Shown here in pieces: positions 18,770 to 28,549 of a stretch of DNA of 64,000 nt. The notes beneath the pieces are model-generated. The model ran no database searches, was not told where the DNA came from, and saw nothing but the letters and a program-made list of their open reading frames with translations. Origin of the DNA: Thermoplasmata archaeon (GTDB lineage Archaea; Thermoplasmatota; Thermoplasmata; Halarchaeoplasmatales; Halarchaeoplasmataceae); contig PWHR01000093.1 in the NCBI GenBank assembly GCA_003554965.1, forward strand, positions 2,224-66,223, given 5' to 3'. Each line of letters starts with the position of its first letter. The first letter of the stretch is position 1. The translations under genes and the position numbers were made by a program.

Positions 18770-20182
18770 ATGGATAAAAAAGAGTACGATCTAATTGTTA
18801 TTGGGACTGGTTCTGCTATGAGCATCGTTACAAGGGTACTCCATGATTCCCCTGAGTTAGATATTGCGGTGATAGAAAATGAGGCCCCTGGAGGAATTTG
18901 TCTAACTCGAGGTTGCATTCCTTCAAAGATGCTTTTATATCCCGCCGAATTGGTTGATCATATACGACAGGCAAAAAAATTTGGGATAGATGCAAAGATC
19001 GATGATATCGATTTTTCTCATATAATGAAACGGATGAAGGAACACACAAAAGGAGAAAGCAAAAATATCGAAAAAAATCTTCAGCGCTCAGACGATCTAG
19101 ATTTTTATCAAGGAACAGCAAGATTTGTAGAGGATTACACTATCGAAATAAATGACAAAACCATAGAAGGGAAAAAGATAATCATAGGAAGTGGATCTAG
19201 AAATATCAAACCTCCTATCGAAAATCTCGAGAAAGTTGGATATCTAACAAGTAAGACTGTTTTAGATGTCAAAGAGCTTCCAAAAAGTGTAACTGTCATC
19301 GGAGGCGGTTATATAGGAGCTGAATATGGCTATTTTCTCTCCATGATGGGAGCGGACGTAACGATTGTAGGGAGAGTCCCTCAATTTGTGCCTTCTGAGG
19401 AAATCCATATCTCAGAGGTCTTAGAGAAAAAGCTATCAGAGCACATCGATATATATACGGGATATGAGGCAGTAAAAGTGGCTCAAAAGGCAGATCAAAA
19501 AGGTGTTCTGGCAAAGAAGGTAGATCCAGAACATGAAGGAAAAGAAAAACTCAAATTCAAAAGCGAAGAGATTTTTCTAGCTGCCGGGAGAAGATCTAAC
19601 TCAGATCTTTTATTGCCTGAAAAAAGCGGGATAAAAACCGATGAGGAAGGATGGATCAAAGTGGACAAAACTCTTGAAACATCTAAGGAGAATATTTGGG
19701 CTCTAGGAGACGCAACAGGTAACCATATGTTCAAACATGTAGCCAATCACGAAGCTGAAGTGGTATATCATAATGCATTTGGAGATGGAGTGATGGAAGT
19801 AGATCACCACGCTGTACCTCACGCTATATTTACGTATCCTCAGGTAGCTTCAGTCGGTTTAAAAGAAGAGGAAGCTAAAGAGAATCACGATATTTTGGTT
19901 GGAAACTACCCGTATGAACAGACTGCCAAGGGATCAGCGATGAAAGTAGAAGACTACTTTGTTAAAGTCATCATCGAACAAGAAACTTATAAGATCCTCG
20001 GTGCACACATAGTAGGCCCACAGGCCTCAGTTTTGATACAGGAGATAGTGAACTTGATGTACACAGAAAGTCAATCCGCCATACCCATTTACCGTGGCAT
20101 GCACATCCATCCTTCTTTGAGCGAAGTCGTTCAAAGAGCATTTTCAAATCTGCATGTGCATGACCATGAGCATCAACACTAG
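18770..20182 (+). CDS. lpdA: Dihydrolipoamide dehydrogenase
   Basis: GTGSA FAD site, GGICLTRGCIPSK redox-active disulfide, second GGGYIGAEY NAD site, C-terminal HIHPSLSE. Confidence 0.85.
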   Translation: MDKKEYDLIVIGTGSAMSIVTRVLHDSPELDIAVIENEAPGGICLTRGCIPSKMLLYPAELVDHIRQAKKFGIDAKIDDIDFSHIMKRMKEHTKGESKNIEKNLQRSDDLDFYQGTARFVEDYTIEINDKTIEGKKIIIGSGSRNIKPPIENLEKVGYLTSKTVLDVKELPKSVTVIGGGYIGAEYGYFLSMMGADVTIVGRVPQFVPSEEIHISEVLEKKLSEHIDIYTGYEAVKVAQKADQKGVLAKKVDPEHEGKEKLKFKSEEIFLAAGRRSNSDLLLPEKSGIKTDEEGWIKVDKTLETSKENIWALGDATGNHMFKHVANHEAEVVYHNAFGDGVMEVDHHAVPHAIFTYPQVASVGLKEEEAKENHDILVGNYPYEQTAKGSAMKVEDYFVKVIIEQETYKILGAHIVGPQASVLIQEIVNLMYTESQSAIPIYRGMHIHPSLSEVVQRAFSNLHVHDHEHQH

Positions 20183-20254
20183 AGTTAGAATCATAGAAAA
20201 AAACGGGAGACACAAAGACAAAATTTAAGTAGAATTCCCAAATTCCATCTATAT

Positions 20255-20638
20255 ATGTCATGGAAAACATCGATCAAGAAACATGAATTTCTGATATCGG
20301 CTATAGGTCTCGTAATCGGCGTAATTTTATTGATTATAGGTCTATTTGGAGTATTTTTTGCAGATACCGCTCCCACTGTACTTGCGGATCTTATAGAGAG
20401 AATCGGAGATTGGAAGTATTGGGCGCTTGTCGGTGGTGCTTTTATGACCTTGATTTTCTCACTTGTAATCTTCTTCCGATACCGAAATTTACAGGAATTC
20501 AAAGAGCTCTATGAAACTGAAAGCAAGAGTAAATTTAGGAAAAATATCGCACGGATAGAGACCCTGGCCCTGAAATTGGGACCTGAATACGAGGAGAAGG
20601 TCATTGAAAAAGAAGAAGAACTCAATATCAGAAGATAA
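20255..20638 (+). CDS. Small membrane protein (2 TM) with charged C-terminal tail
   Basis: Hydrophobic helices at aa 12-34 and 48-72. No recognisable motif. Confidence 0.4.
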   Translation: MSWKTSIKKHEFLISAIGLVIGVILLIIGLFGVFFADTAPTVLADLIERIGDWKYWALVGGAFMTLIFSLVIFFRYRNLQEFKELYETESKSKFRKNIARIETLALKLGPEYEEKVIEKEEELNIRR

Positions 20639-20702
20639 GCTATTTGTGGTTTAGACTTGCAAATCTAAGGATTTATGTGATAAAGTAACCAGCTAGACGA
20701 CC

Positions 20703-20735
20703 GTTTCCACTTGAAATAAAGGGGTCTCCCTTTAG
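20703..20735 (+). promoter_or_regulatory. Copy 2 of the 30-nt conserved element. Its TATA-like GAAATAAA is centred about 33 nt upstream of tRNA-Gly, so it is the putative tRNA promoter
   Basis: CCGTTTCCACTTGAAATAAAGGGGTCTCCCTTT. Same orientation relative to the downstream gene as copy 1. Confidence 0.45.
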
Positions 20736-20748
20736 AGGCGAGCAAAAT

Positions 20749-20822
20749 GCGGCTGTGGTCTAGACTGGTTAGGACCCAAGCTTCCCAAGCTTGTGGCCCG
20801 GGTTCAAATCCCGGCAGCCGCA
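20749..20822 (+). tRNA. tRNA-Gly (anticodon CCC)
   Basis: Acceptor GCGGCTG/CAGCCGC+A. Anticodon arm CAAGC-TTCCCAA-GCTTG. T-arm CCGGG-TTCAAAT-CCCGG. CCA not encoded. Confidence 0.85.
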
Positions 20823-20882
20823 TAAGTTGTAATAGAAAGCCTTAAAAATAAGGAATAAGTCACCTTAACATAAAAACACTTT

Positions 20883-20976
20883 GGGCCCATAGATCAGTCT
20901 GGCAGATCGTCACCCTTGCATCCTACATTATAGGCGAGAAAGGTGAAGGCCGCGGGTTCAAATCCCGCTGGGTCCA
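20883..20976 (+). tRNA. tRNA-Ala (anticodon TGC) with a 20-nt intron at the canonical 37/38 position (about 20921-20940)
   Basis: Acceptor GGGCCCA/TGGGTCC with a G3:U70 Ala identity pair. Anticodon stem TCACC/GGTGA is interrupted by TCCTACATTATAGGCGAGAA. T-arm GCGGG-TTCAAAT-CCCGC. Confidence 0.8.
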
Positions 20977-21014
20977 CTCGCATACGCTCGATGCACCGCG
21001 GGATTTGAAAACAC

Positions 21015-21057
21015 GAGGAATCAAAGATTCCTCTTGCTCACAAATCTCTGATTTTTA
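21015..21057 (+). terminator. Perfect 8-bp hairpin (GAGGAATC-aaa-GATTCCTC) followed by a T-run, downstream of the tRNA pair
   Basis: Read directly in the sequence. TTTTT at 21052-21056. Confidence 0.4.
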
Positions 21058-21125
21058 GTGGGCATGGAGAATGATTTAGCATTCTTTTGGGTCCATCTAT
21101 CATCTCATTTTTGTTTATTCCATAT

Positions 21126-21707
21126 TCACCTTCGTTCAAAATGCCATGGACGAGGGGATACTTCTTCAACCTCCTCATCCTCATCCTCTTCAGATCCCGT
21201 TTTTTCTTTCCTCGCCAATTCCCATCTCAAGATGATCACTATCGCAACAATCAAAAAGAACAACCAAAATCGACTGAGGAATCCCTCGTCATCCTCGGAG
21301 CCCTCTTTTCCCTCTATCACAACCCCTATCTTTATGAAATCATCATCACTTTCTACTCGAAGAGTATTCGTTCCAGCATACCCTTCGTCAGGTTCCCACA
21401 AAAACTCTCCTGTATAGGAATCTCCTGCTCCAAGATTCACAATTTTTTCATCTACCAACTCACCATTTACCAAAAATTCAATCGTATCCATTCCTTCTTC
21501 ACCCTTATTGGTGACGTTGTACTCCACAATTAATGTATCATTATAGGTGACATTAGAATCATAATCTATGAGGTCTACTGAGAAGTATGCCTCTTGAGTC
21601 AAATCCTGACTTCTAGTAGAACCAAAGCCGACCGACATAACGCTCCCTATAAGCAGAAGAACAGTGCTAACAACCAGAACACATATGATCTTTCTATGCA
21701 TCCTCAT
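21126..21707 (-). CDS. Secreted, membrane-anchored CARDB-like domain protein (N-terminal signal, C-terminal TM plus acidic tail)
   Basis: N-terminal hydrophobic signal. TYNDTLIVEYNVTNKGEEGMDTIEFLVNGELV...GDSYTGEFLWEPDEGYAGTNTLRVES resembles CARDB/Ig-like adhesion domains. C-terminal FWLFFLIVAIVIIL followed by KEKTGSEEDEDEEVEE. Confidence 0.5.
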   Translation of the reverse strand: MRMHRKIICVLVVSTVLLLIGSVMSVGFGSTRSQDLTQEAYFSVDLIDYDSNVTYNDTLIVEYNVTNKGEEGMDTIEFLVNGELVDEKIVNLGAGDSYTGEFLWEPDEGYAGTNTLRVESDDDFIKIGVVIEGKEGSEDDEGFLSRFWLFFLIVAIVIILRWELARKEKTGSEEDEDEEVEEVSPRPWHFERR

Positions 21708-22012
21708 CCTCCGGGAATAGTTATGTTAAAGCGGATATGTAATATAAATCATTTTTCCGAGCACCATCTTTTTCGATCTACATGCATCCCCATCTACATC
21801 CAACTTCTCTCTCACACTATCAGCGACTTCCTCTACACTCATTTATTTCACCCTAAAGGATTGGGGTCCTAACCTAATCTGAAGTAGATTATCGAGGCTC
21901 TCTGTCGCTGTGATCGCAGTCTATACTTAAGAGGTCTATATTCGATCAGAATTAACCTTTTATATAAGAGATAATTTTCGTACTCTAGTAAAAAAGTATC
22001 ACAAGTGAAAAT

Positions 22013-22498
22013 ATGGTGAAGATAATCCAAAAAGATCAAAAAGCCGTAGCTGGCTTTTTTCTAGATGGACCTATTTTATTGGTAGTAATATTGATAATAA
22101 CGATCATGATCGCGATCATTTCCCAGGCCTATCTTGCACATCGGGAAAATTTACAGCGAAAAGAGCTAGATAAAAGATGTTTAGATCTAAAAAGAGAGGT
22201 CCAAACACATCCTGAGCTGGTAATAGAAAAAGAGAACAGGAGTGAAAATAGGCAGTTTTGCATCGAAAAATTGGAGGGTCTAGATTCTCAAGAATTTAGT
22301 GAGAATATCACCAATGATTTTGATTTAGCTTATCAAATAACTATCGAGGATGAAAGGGAAGAGAAGGAATGGAAATTCACTTCCGAAGAACCCAAGAATA
22401 GTGATATTAAAAGCTCGTTTGAAGGACCTATCCTCTTGGTTGAAGGTGAAGAAAATGAAGAGGTATACGTGGGAATTCTAAAGGTGGTAGTATGGTAG
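22013..22498 (+). CDS. Small membrane protein with a possible class-III (prepilin-like) signal motif
   Basis: N-terminal QKAVAGFF then a hydrophobic helix (ILLVVILIITIMIAIIS). Acidic C-terminal domain. Start/stop overlap with the next ORF. Confidence 0.4.
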   Translation: MVKIIQKDQKAVAGFFLDGPILLVVILIITIMIAIISQAYLAHRENLQRKELDKRCLDLKREVQTHPELVIEKENRSENRQFCIEKLEGLDSQEFSENITNDFDLAYQITIEDEREEKEWKFTSEEPKNSDIKSSFEGPILLVEGEENEEVYVGILKVVVW

Positions 22499-23094
22499 AT
22501 CCCGGAAAGAGAAGTAAATCTGATGAAACAATTAGGGCTCAAAAAGGATTCTTGAGTATGGTTGACGCAGGTCTGTTCGCAATCATGATATTTATGGTTT
22601 CATTATTAATATTTCAATCGATGTCGATCGGGTTTTTTCACAGTAGCGAGGCTGCGAGAGACGAATTTAAAAGAGAGTCTGTAGTGGATATACATGAAGT
22701 AGCGATGGACTCTATCATAAAGGAGACGGGATACATTAGAGAAGTAGAAGGGATAGATGGTGAAAAGGAGAAAAGGGTATCATATCATAATGTGAGTGTG
22801 GAGACTGCAATCGGGAACTACCTTTATCTAAAAAACGAAGCAAATGAAAACCTAGGCAATTACGATTTAAATGAGTTAAGAACGGACATCAAACAAAGAT
22901 ATATCAGTGTCGCAAACAACATAAGTAACTACCACTTTGCGTTGGAATCTGAATACAGGCAGGCAGACATTTTTATCTCGGATATTGATGAGGTCGAAGA
23001 TAGAACGGACCTACCGGATAAAAGGAGTGCTTATTCCACCTCTACCACTTTAGGACTAGAAACAGTTACGATAACCTTATACATTTGGAGATGA
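22492..23094 (+). CDS. Small membrane protein with a class-III (prepilin-like) signal motif
   Basis: AQKG|FLSMVDAGLFAIMIFMVSLLIF: a K-G-F-L motif immediately followed by a hydrophobic stretch. Overlaps the upstream ORF by 7 nt. Confidence 0.4.
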   Translation: MVDPGKRSKSDETIRAQKGFLSMVDAGLFAIMIFMVSLLIFQSMSIGFFHSSEAARDEFKRESVVDIHEVAMDSIIKETGYIREVEGIDGEKEKRVSYHNVSVETAIGNYLYLKNEANENLGNYDLNELRTDIKQRYISVANNISNYHFALESEYRQADIFISDIDEVEDRTDLPDKRSAYSTSTTLGLETVTITLYIWR

Positions 23095-23104
23095 GCTAAT
23101 TAGG

Positions 23105-26100
23105 TCAAAGATGTAGATATCTTATATCATTTTCATCCTCGAGCTTTATCTCGACTTCTCCGATCAGTCGGTAATCAGGACAATAATATTTTGAAGCTTC
23201 TTTCACCTTTTCTTCTAGATATCCCCTTTCCTCCTCATCTAAGTCATCCTCATAGGTGATATCTATCATCACGAGGGCTCTTTCTTGATGACCTAGTTCA
23301 TCTTCTGATGCTTCCATCCTAACTATAGAATCTGAAATAGTTTCGTTTACCATCTCCGATATCTCTTCTATAGAACTCTTATGTTCATTGCTCATGTTGT
23401 AAGACCCTAATCTATCCTCAACGAGAAGAGGAGGGCCTCCTTCCCCAAATGGCATCCAACTGATATCTGATCGGTTTGATTTTGAGGCAAGATAAAAAGA
23501 TGGTAAGTTGGTATACGTCTCGGAATTGATTTCTTCTATAAAACTCTGGAAATAGGCAGCGTTCGACATTTTTTCCATACTAATAACAAATTTATCTATA
23601 TCTACATCATATTCAGAACCGCTCAGTTTTTCTAAAGCAGCGGGCGAAACACCATACGAAACGGCATCTAGTATGGAATCCTCTTGAAAATTCTTTCGAA
23701 GCAAATCGATTGCTTCTATATCGCTGATGTCTTTTACGCCCCAGGTTCTCGCCTCTCTAAAGTCCATGTTTATGGAGGATAGATTTTCGTCTAACTCATC
23801 TAGTGCTTCTTTTTGACAGTTTTCACTGCTAAAGTGCCCTTGTAGATCTTTTAAAAACCCCTCCTCGAAGGAAAGGAAAGCTTCAAATTCCCTTGATCGA
23901 TCGGATCCCCGGTTTTCTTCGAACCAGACCATGATTTCTTTGGTACGATCCTCTCCCAGGAGCTCAAGACTTTTTCCTATCATATCTAGGGAGAAAGAGG
24001 GATTTTCCTCCTGAATTTCTGCAGCATCCTCTAGGTTTTCATCCATGATTGAGGCTGCTAAAAAGAGTTCTTCTCTTTTAGACCGATTACTAGTTAGAAA
24101 TTCATCGAATACATCTGCTTTTCTCAGCTTCTCACTCTCTTCTTCAAAACCGATGGTTTCGACCACTTCTTCTCTTCTAACCTGAATTTTATCGAAAGAT
24201 CTCCCAAAATGTTCAATCGATTCGAAAGCTCTCTGAGCTTTTTCAGGGCCATGATAATTTCCCCCATCATAATAGATATATCCAGCAGTTCTAAATCCAG
24301 GATCTTCAATAAGTCGGTTCTCCTCTGAAAACACCTCCCTACCGTTGAATAGGCCCAAATCATCAAATTGACTCTTGAAACCGGCGATTCTTCCACTTTC
24401 AACCATCCTCTCCTCGAAAGATTCCCACATCCTCTGGTTTTTCTCGCCATCCTCTAAGATAGGTAAAACTTCTACAGGATAAAGATCGATCTCCTGGCAT
24501 GATATAGCCATGTAGACGGGAACAAAGTGATTTTCTAAGACAAACCGGTAGTCACTTTTAGGTAAGTTCTCTAATCTTTCTTCGGATATATCTGAACCGA
24601 GAAAGGTCTCTATATTTCTAGGGATATCACTCATTTGGGAGGCACGGCCATATTCACCAGAGATCATAGCTCTATATTCAGGAATATCTTCAAAATCCAA
24701 TTTGAACGGCATCCCATCTTTCTCTATCACCCAAGAATCCGGAGGGATCTTATCTATAAAATCTAGTTTAGCAGAGGAATTTTTTTGATGATCTAGATCG
24801 AAAACGCTCAATCGAGCATTCTTTTCTTCAACAAAGAATATCTGTTCACTTGAGGTATAGGAAGGTACTTGGGAGAGGTAGATATCATCTTTAAGAGATT
24901 CATTCTGTTCTAATTCTCTACTTCGTTTTAGGTGTCTAGTTCTTACACTAGGTCTTATCATTATCGATAGACGGGATTTATCGAACTCACTCTGATCAGC
25001 ATTGTCTAATTCAAAAGACAGATTCACGATTTTTTTCCCTCTACCCTTAATCTCTATGTACTCTTCAAAGAAGATATTGTCTTTCATCTCTTGTGTTTCC
25101 AAATCTGAGTAGTAAAGAGATTTACCATATTTGCTTGGGATAACTGTCCTTTTATAATCTGTTTCAGAGATCTCAATGGAAAAGCCGGTTTTTTCGCCAA
25201 CTCCTTGGTCGATTTTTACCTCGAAGGAAAAATTTGCTTTTTTTTCTGTCTCATTAAAGACGTTCCTATCAAGAGTAAAATTTTTTATCTCGTGTTCCAC
25301 CATAGACGAGGGTTTGTATGTCTGATTTAGCAGAGGCATAGGGGTCAAGGTCTCGATCACCGCCTCATGTTCTCGGCTTTCATAAGTCCTTTTCAAACCA
25401 TCCGAAGAAAATTTCTCTAACCCTAACACTCTATCATCGCCGACCTCCACCTCCATTTCGATATCTGAGGTGGTTATATTTAGCAACGATACGCTGTTGT
25501 AAAAATCCTGATATTCTTCAGAAAAAGGATTCATCCATTCTTTAGCAGATAGGATATCACCATCGTATTCCTTAACAGTACTTTCCTCTATATCTTCTAA
25601 TTGGATCACGTCTTCCAAACAGCTTAATGTCACATCAAGATCTAGGATCTGTGACCTGCTGTGCTCTATCGATTTGTTGCTCCATATGGTCAGTCCTTCC
25701 ATCGGTACATCATATATCGGCAATCTTCTTTTCACACCATCTAGTGTATTAAGAAGACCTGAGACCTTACGGTGTTGTAGATCTCTCTTCATATGATTTT
25801 CTATAGTGGTGGTCATACCATCTAAAAGGATCTCCGCTCCTCTATAAAAACTAGCATCTCCTCGACTTTGAGGCTCGAGTTCTGAATCTCTTTCTAAATA
25901 GTCAGTTTTGGTAGAAAGGGCTTCCTTCACTTCGCTCACTCTCTCTAGAGATTTATTTTTTATCCCCTCAACGAACCAATGATCGATCTCAGAGATATCT
26001 GATGAATGTACATCTTCTGGTCCTACATCATATGATATTCGAACCGGATCTACCTCGTTCAGATATTCGGTGTAAGGATCTCCTTCGCCTCTTAAAATGT

Positions 26101-28546
26101 TCCATAATCTACTGCCTTCGTGTTTGGAACTTCCGTCCTCCCTCTGTCCTACTAGATCAAATACGTTCTGGTTGATACGTTCGAAAAGTTGATAAGAAGT
26201 CGAATATTCCAAAGGTGCTAAAAACTCTCTTTTTAGATCTTCAGTAAAATTCCCTAATGCCGCGTAACCGATAGATTCTTTGGGGTTTTTTGGAGGGATG
26301 TCTATATCATCGCTCAAATCGTAGTTTTCTAAGGTCCAATCGTAATTTTCAGTCAGATCTGAGGCTCTAGCATTTATATAACTGTCTACTACCTCTAGAG
26401 CATCTTCACTTTCCGACTCCTCCTCTTTTCTCAATAGGAATTCATAAACTTCAGTAGTCCAATCATTTCTTGTAAAGTTATATTGAGTCTCGATCATATC
26501 AAAAGTGTACTCTTTCGGCCCCTGGCCCCATCCGTTTATTTTTCTCTTCACAGATTCACTTCTTTCTTCAAGATTATCATAATTCTCATCCAACAATTGG
26601 GTAGTATTGCTCTCTGATGCTTCATCGAAGAGATCTCCAGAATATATATCTTTTACATAGCTTAGGGTGTTATTTAGATCGCCCCAAACTTCTTTCCATC
26701 CTTCCCTTTCTTCCTCATCCCATCTTTCGATCGTCTCATTGAAATAACTTATCTCTTCGTAGATCCAATAATATTCCTCATCAGCAGTGTTCCTTAATCT
26801 ATCTTTTCTGGTGTTGAGTTCGTTTCTTATTTTTCCTTCGATCACTCGTTGCATGTTTTCGGTGTTCAACCTTTCTCTTGCATCATTTTTTTCTGTTTCT
26901 TTCTCTTCGATCCCCCAATCTGAAAGAAAATAGATGAAATAAAAAGGTAGAGCTTCTTCGTTTGAATTCCCTTCTTCAAAACCCAGTGAAAGAGAAAGGT
27001 TTCTTGAGGTGTGAAGTATCGAATCTACTGTCTTTTCAACTCCTCCTTCCCCTATGATTTCCAAATCTATCATCCAAGGAAGAGGTCCTAGATTCTTGAT
27101 ATCCTCTTCAACCTTTTCTTCTACTACTCTCCCATCAACATCGAAGGAATCTAAAGTCTCGTGAACGATATTAGAATAAAAATTCATAAATGATCTTAAA
27201 TAGCTCTTTTCTGCTGGGACTTTGGAAGGATGTAGAATCTTCTCAAAAAGATCTTCGAAACTCCATCTATCTCCTCCATCTTCTTCAAGCATATCTCCTT
27301 GAAATAATCTTTTCGTCATCCCAAAGCCTGTGTTTACCCAGTTTTCATCCTTATCAACCATGCTCAAAAAGCCTTCTGCAACGGTTCTATTGAGAAAGGG
27401 ACCTGGGTGAAGTAAGCACTCCGACAAAGTACCTTCTTCCTGAAATAACCCGATCACTAAGGCCTCTAAGTTAACCCTATTTTCAACTCCGCTGCCGAGA
27501 TACTCGAGCAATCTTTTGGGGGCTATATCGAAACTTTCGGCAGTCTTTTCTAATAACTCTTCATCATAAGAATTGAAAGTTTGCGCTATCTCTAACAATA
27601 GAGCCAGCCTCATTATCGCCTCTAATTCTTCTTCCTCTAATAACTCATGGGTTCTTATATCGCCCGTTTCTCTTTCCAGTCCAAGGAGGTAGGAAGTGTC
27701 ATCGCTTTGGGTGGTATGCCATACTTTTCTTTCATCACCTCCACTGAAGCCTCCTGCTGTTCCGTCATATTCCTCCAACCAGTCAGTATCGAAATGATCT
27801 GAAAAAGAAGTTTTATACCATCCCTCTTCCAAGTCTAGAGAATTAGTACCTTCAACTCCAAAGATCTTCATGGTGAGAAAGGCCGAGGTCATTATGCCTA
27901 TACTACGTCTGAGGTTTTCAACCTTGAAGCGGTCCATCCTGTCAGCTAAAAGAAATAAGTCGGTTTCGATACTTCTGTTGAGCGTGATCTTACGAGTGGA
28001 AAAAGAGCCGGTCCCTTCTTCTTGTATATCTACGTGGACGACTCTATTGACCTCGAAATAACCTGGAACCTCATTCCACACGGCTTCGTCCCCTCTCATT
28101 TCTCTGATATATATAGGGATCATCTCGATATGGGGTTCCTCCTCCTTGAGAGGTCTTAAAGACAAATTAATCTGATATCCACTATGTTCGGAAACCCCCA
28201 CATGATTTTCTCTGAAGTAGTTTTCGAAGATCTCCGTGGTGTTTTCACCTAACCTTGCTATCAATTCAGCTGTAGTAGCTCTCTTATTTTCTCTAGATAT
28301 TTCCTCTTGAACTTTTTCGACGGCTTTTTGTCCCGCTTCCCAAGCGGCATTTTCCAGCTCTCGTTCGATCCTTTCGATCCTTTTATTTATCTCTTTGATC
28401 GGAGCTGTATCGGCAGTTTCTTCTTGTTCTTGGAGATGTATCTTGGCAAAATAGGCTGTAGCTAAAGTTGAAAGAATAAGTAATACCACACCGATCAGCA
28501 CGAAGACCATCACCCCTTTTTCATCATCTATCTTCCATGATCGCAC
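23105..28546 (-). CDS. Giant (1813 aa) highly acidic surface protein with an N-terminal class-III-like signal/anchor and many N-glycosylation sequons. No recognisable catalytic domain
   Basis: Uninterrupted 5.4-kb ORF. N-terminus ...DEKG|VMVFVLIGVVLLILSTLATAYFA. Pervasive E/D content. Numerous N-x-S/T sites. Antisense ORFs inside it are short. Confidence 0.7.
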   Translation of the reverse strand: MRSWKIDDEKGVMVFVLIGVVLLILSTLATAYFAKIHLQEQEETADTAPIKEINKRIERIERELENAAWEAGQKAVEKVQEEISRENKRATTAELIARLGENTTEIFENYFRENHVGVSEHSGYQINLSLRPLKEEEPHIEMIPIYIREMRGDEAVWNEVPGYFEVNRVVHVDIQEEGTGSFSTRKITLNRSIETDLFLLADRMDRFKVENLRRSIGIMTSAFLTMKIFGVEGTNSLDLEEGWYKTSFSDHFDTDWLEEYDGTAGGFSGGDERKVWHTTQSDDTSYLLGLERETGDIRTHELLEEEELEAIMRLALLLEIAQTFNSYDEELLEKTAESFDIAPKRLLEYLGSGVENRVNLEALVIGLFQEEGTLSECLLHPGPFLNRTVAEGFLSMVDKDENWVNTGFGMTKRLFQGDMLEEDGGDRWSFEDLFEKILHPSKVPAEKSYLRSFMNFYSNIVHETLDSFDVDGRVVEEKVEEDIKNLGPLPWMIDLEIIGEGGVEKTVDSILHTSRNLSLSLGFEEGNSNEEALPFYFIYFLSDWGIEEKETEKNDARERLNTENMQRVIEGKIRNELNTRKDRLRNTADEEYYWIYEEISYFNETIERWDEEEREGWKEVWGDLNNTLSYVKDIYSGDLFDEASESNTTQLLDENYDNLEERSESVKRKINGWGQGPKEYTFDMIETQYNFTRNDWTTEVYEFLLRKEEESESEDALEVVDSYINARASDLTENYDWTLENYDLSDDIDIPPKNPKESIGYAALGNFTEDLKREFLAPLEYSTSYQLFERINQNVFDLVGQREDGSSKHEGSRLWNILRGEGDPYTEYLNEVDPVRISYDVGPEDVHSSDISEIDHWFVEGIKNKSLERVSEVKEALSTKTDYLERDSELEPQSRGDASFYRGAEILLDGMTTTIENHMKRDLQHRKVSGLLNTLDGVKRRLPIYDVPMEGLTIWSNKSIEHSRSQILDLDVTLSCLEDVIQLEDIEESTVKEYDGDILSAKEWMNPFSEEYQDFYNSVSLLNITTSDIEMEVEVGDDRVLGLEKFSSDGLKRTYESREHEAVIETLTPMPLLNQTYKPSSMVEHEIKNFTLDRNVFNETEKKANFSFEVKIDQGVGEKTGFSIEISETDYKRTVIPSKYGKSLYYSDLETQEMKDNIFFEEYIEIKGRGKKIVNLSFELDNADQSEFDKSRLSIMIRPSVRTRHLKRSRELEQNESLKDDIYLSQVPSYTSSEQIFFVEEKNARLSVFDLDHQKNSSAKLDFIDKIPPDSWVIEKDGMPFKLDFEDIPEYRAMISGEYGRASQMSDIPRNIETFLGSDISEERLENLPKSDYRFVLENHFVPVYMAISCQEIDLYPVEVLPILEDGEKNQRMWESFEERMVESGRIAGFKSQFDDLGLFNGREVFSEENRLIEDPGFRTAGYIYYDGGNYHGPEKAQRAFESIEHFGRSFDKIQVRREEVVETIGFEEESEKLRKADVFDEFLTSNRSKREELFLAASIMDENLEDAAEIQEENPSFSLDMIGKSLELLGEDRTKEIMVWFEENRGSDRSREFEAFLSFEEGFLKDLQGHFSSENCQKEALDELDENLSSINMDFREARTWGVKDISDIEAIDLLRKNFQEDSILDAVSYGVSPAALEKLSGSEYDVDIDKFVISMEKMSNAAYFQSFIEEINSETYTNLPSFYLASKSNRSDISWMPFGEGGPPLLVEDRLGSYNMSNEHKSSIEEISEMVNETISDSIVRMEASEDELGHQERALVMIDITYEDDLDEEERGYLEEKVKEASKYYCPDYRLIGEVEIKLEDENDIRYLHL

Positions 28547-28549
28547 TTT

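Noticed and set aside
20977-21014. CCGCGGGATTTGAA downstream of tRNA-Ala resembling the T-arm CCGCGGGTTCAAATCC (possible att duplication)
   Set aside because: Only a 7-nt exact match. Insufficient for an integration-site repeat.
21058-21533. Two overlapping plus-strand ORFs (119 and 148 aa)
   Set aside because: Both are antisense to the well-supported CARDB-domain gene. They have low-complexity Ser/Phe-rich translations and are frame shadows.
21708-22012. 305-bp non-coding gap considered as a possible SRP/other structured ncRNA
   Set aside because: AT-rich and lacking GC-rich helices or conserved SRP motifs. It contains a TATA-like TTTTATATAAG about 45 nt before the 22013 start, so it is more likely just a promoter or UTR.
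24124-24450. 108-aa antisense ORF inside the giant gene
   Set aside because: It is embedded in a 5.4-kb uninterrupted ORF on the other strand. Arg-rich frame shadow.
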